Origin: Octopus sinensis
Lineage: Eukaryota
Reading direction: 5' to 3'
Assembly (NCBI RefSeq): GCF_006345805.1
Contig: NW_021834240.1
Span: 1 to 64,000 of the forward strand
DNA length: 64,000 nucleotides
The notes beneath the pieces were generated by a model. That model worked only from the letters and a program-made list of their open reading frames with translations. It was not told the origin of the DNA and searched no databases. The translations under genes were made by a program, and so were the position numbers. Position 1 is the stretch's first letter. Every line of letters begins with the position of its first letter. Below are positions 63,541-64,000 of the stretch, piece after piece.

Positions 63541-64000
63541 ATGCATGCACTCTGCATCAGTGAAAGAGATATTAGCTGCTACTTCTAGCAAAATATAAGG
63601 CCATCGTAGAGACGACTCGCGCCATTATCTCATCTCTGGTGAAATATTGTTCGACTTCAGGTCGGTCCTGATTCAGCAGACCTTACGAGACAAAGAGTCC
63701 ATTCGTGACTGACACCTCCGAGTGTGTATAGGATTTGTAGATGATACAAAAGGGATTAGTTGAGGAAGACGGATTTGGCTGTTGTTTGGAGCAGATCAAA
63801 CGAGCACGTCGAAGGTCGCCTACTGGCTGGCCTGTGTGTGTGTGTGTGTGTGTGTTGGAGGTTGGCAGGTATGTAGACGCATACTTAAACGCGGGAAAAG
63901 CAGGATCCGACAGGGTTTTGGATATATAGGCTCTATGTGTGTAGAAACACCTACACGTATACATAAATATACACACACACATATATATATATATGTATAT

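Overview
Repeat-saturated animal genomic DNA, intronic or intergenic. The SINE types and the extreme (TA)n/(CA)n/(TATACA)n load suggest an octopus or other coleoid cephalopod; this is inference, not a database result. No host protein-coding gene can be identified with confidence. Almost all ORF-track entries are translations of microsatellites or SINEs. Supported content: (1) a full-length 1286-bp DD34D mariner with 42-bp TIRs and a TA TSD, whose transposase has one premature stop; it sits in the first monomer of a ~3.3-kb array of 107-bp repeats. (2) A decayed Tc1 transposase interrupted by a mini-Helitron and a SINE. (3) Further mariner/ITm relics, TTAA-flanked piggyBac-like MITE multimers, mini-Helitrons, and RTE and CR1 LINE 3' ends. 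(4) About 50 SINE copies or fragments from at least 4 families. The most interesting signal is absent from the ORF track: at least five unrelated short repeat families carry minimal type I hammerhead-ribozyme folds of the kind known from Penelope-like elements. One has a compensatory G3:C8 core and one has a U4-to-C core. Three lie in 80-120 bp fold-back inverted duplications. There are also two snap-back inverted duplications and dense TGCA clusters beside weak minus-strand exon candidates. SINE and LINE boundaries are approximate (about +/-10 bp).
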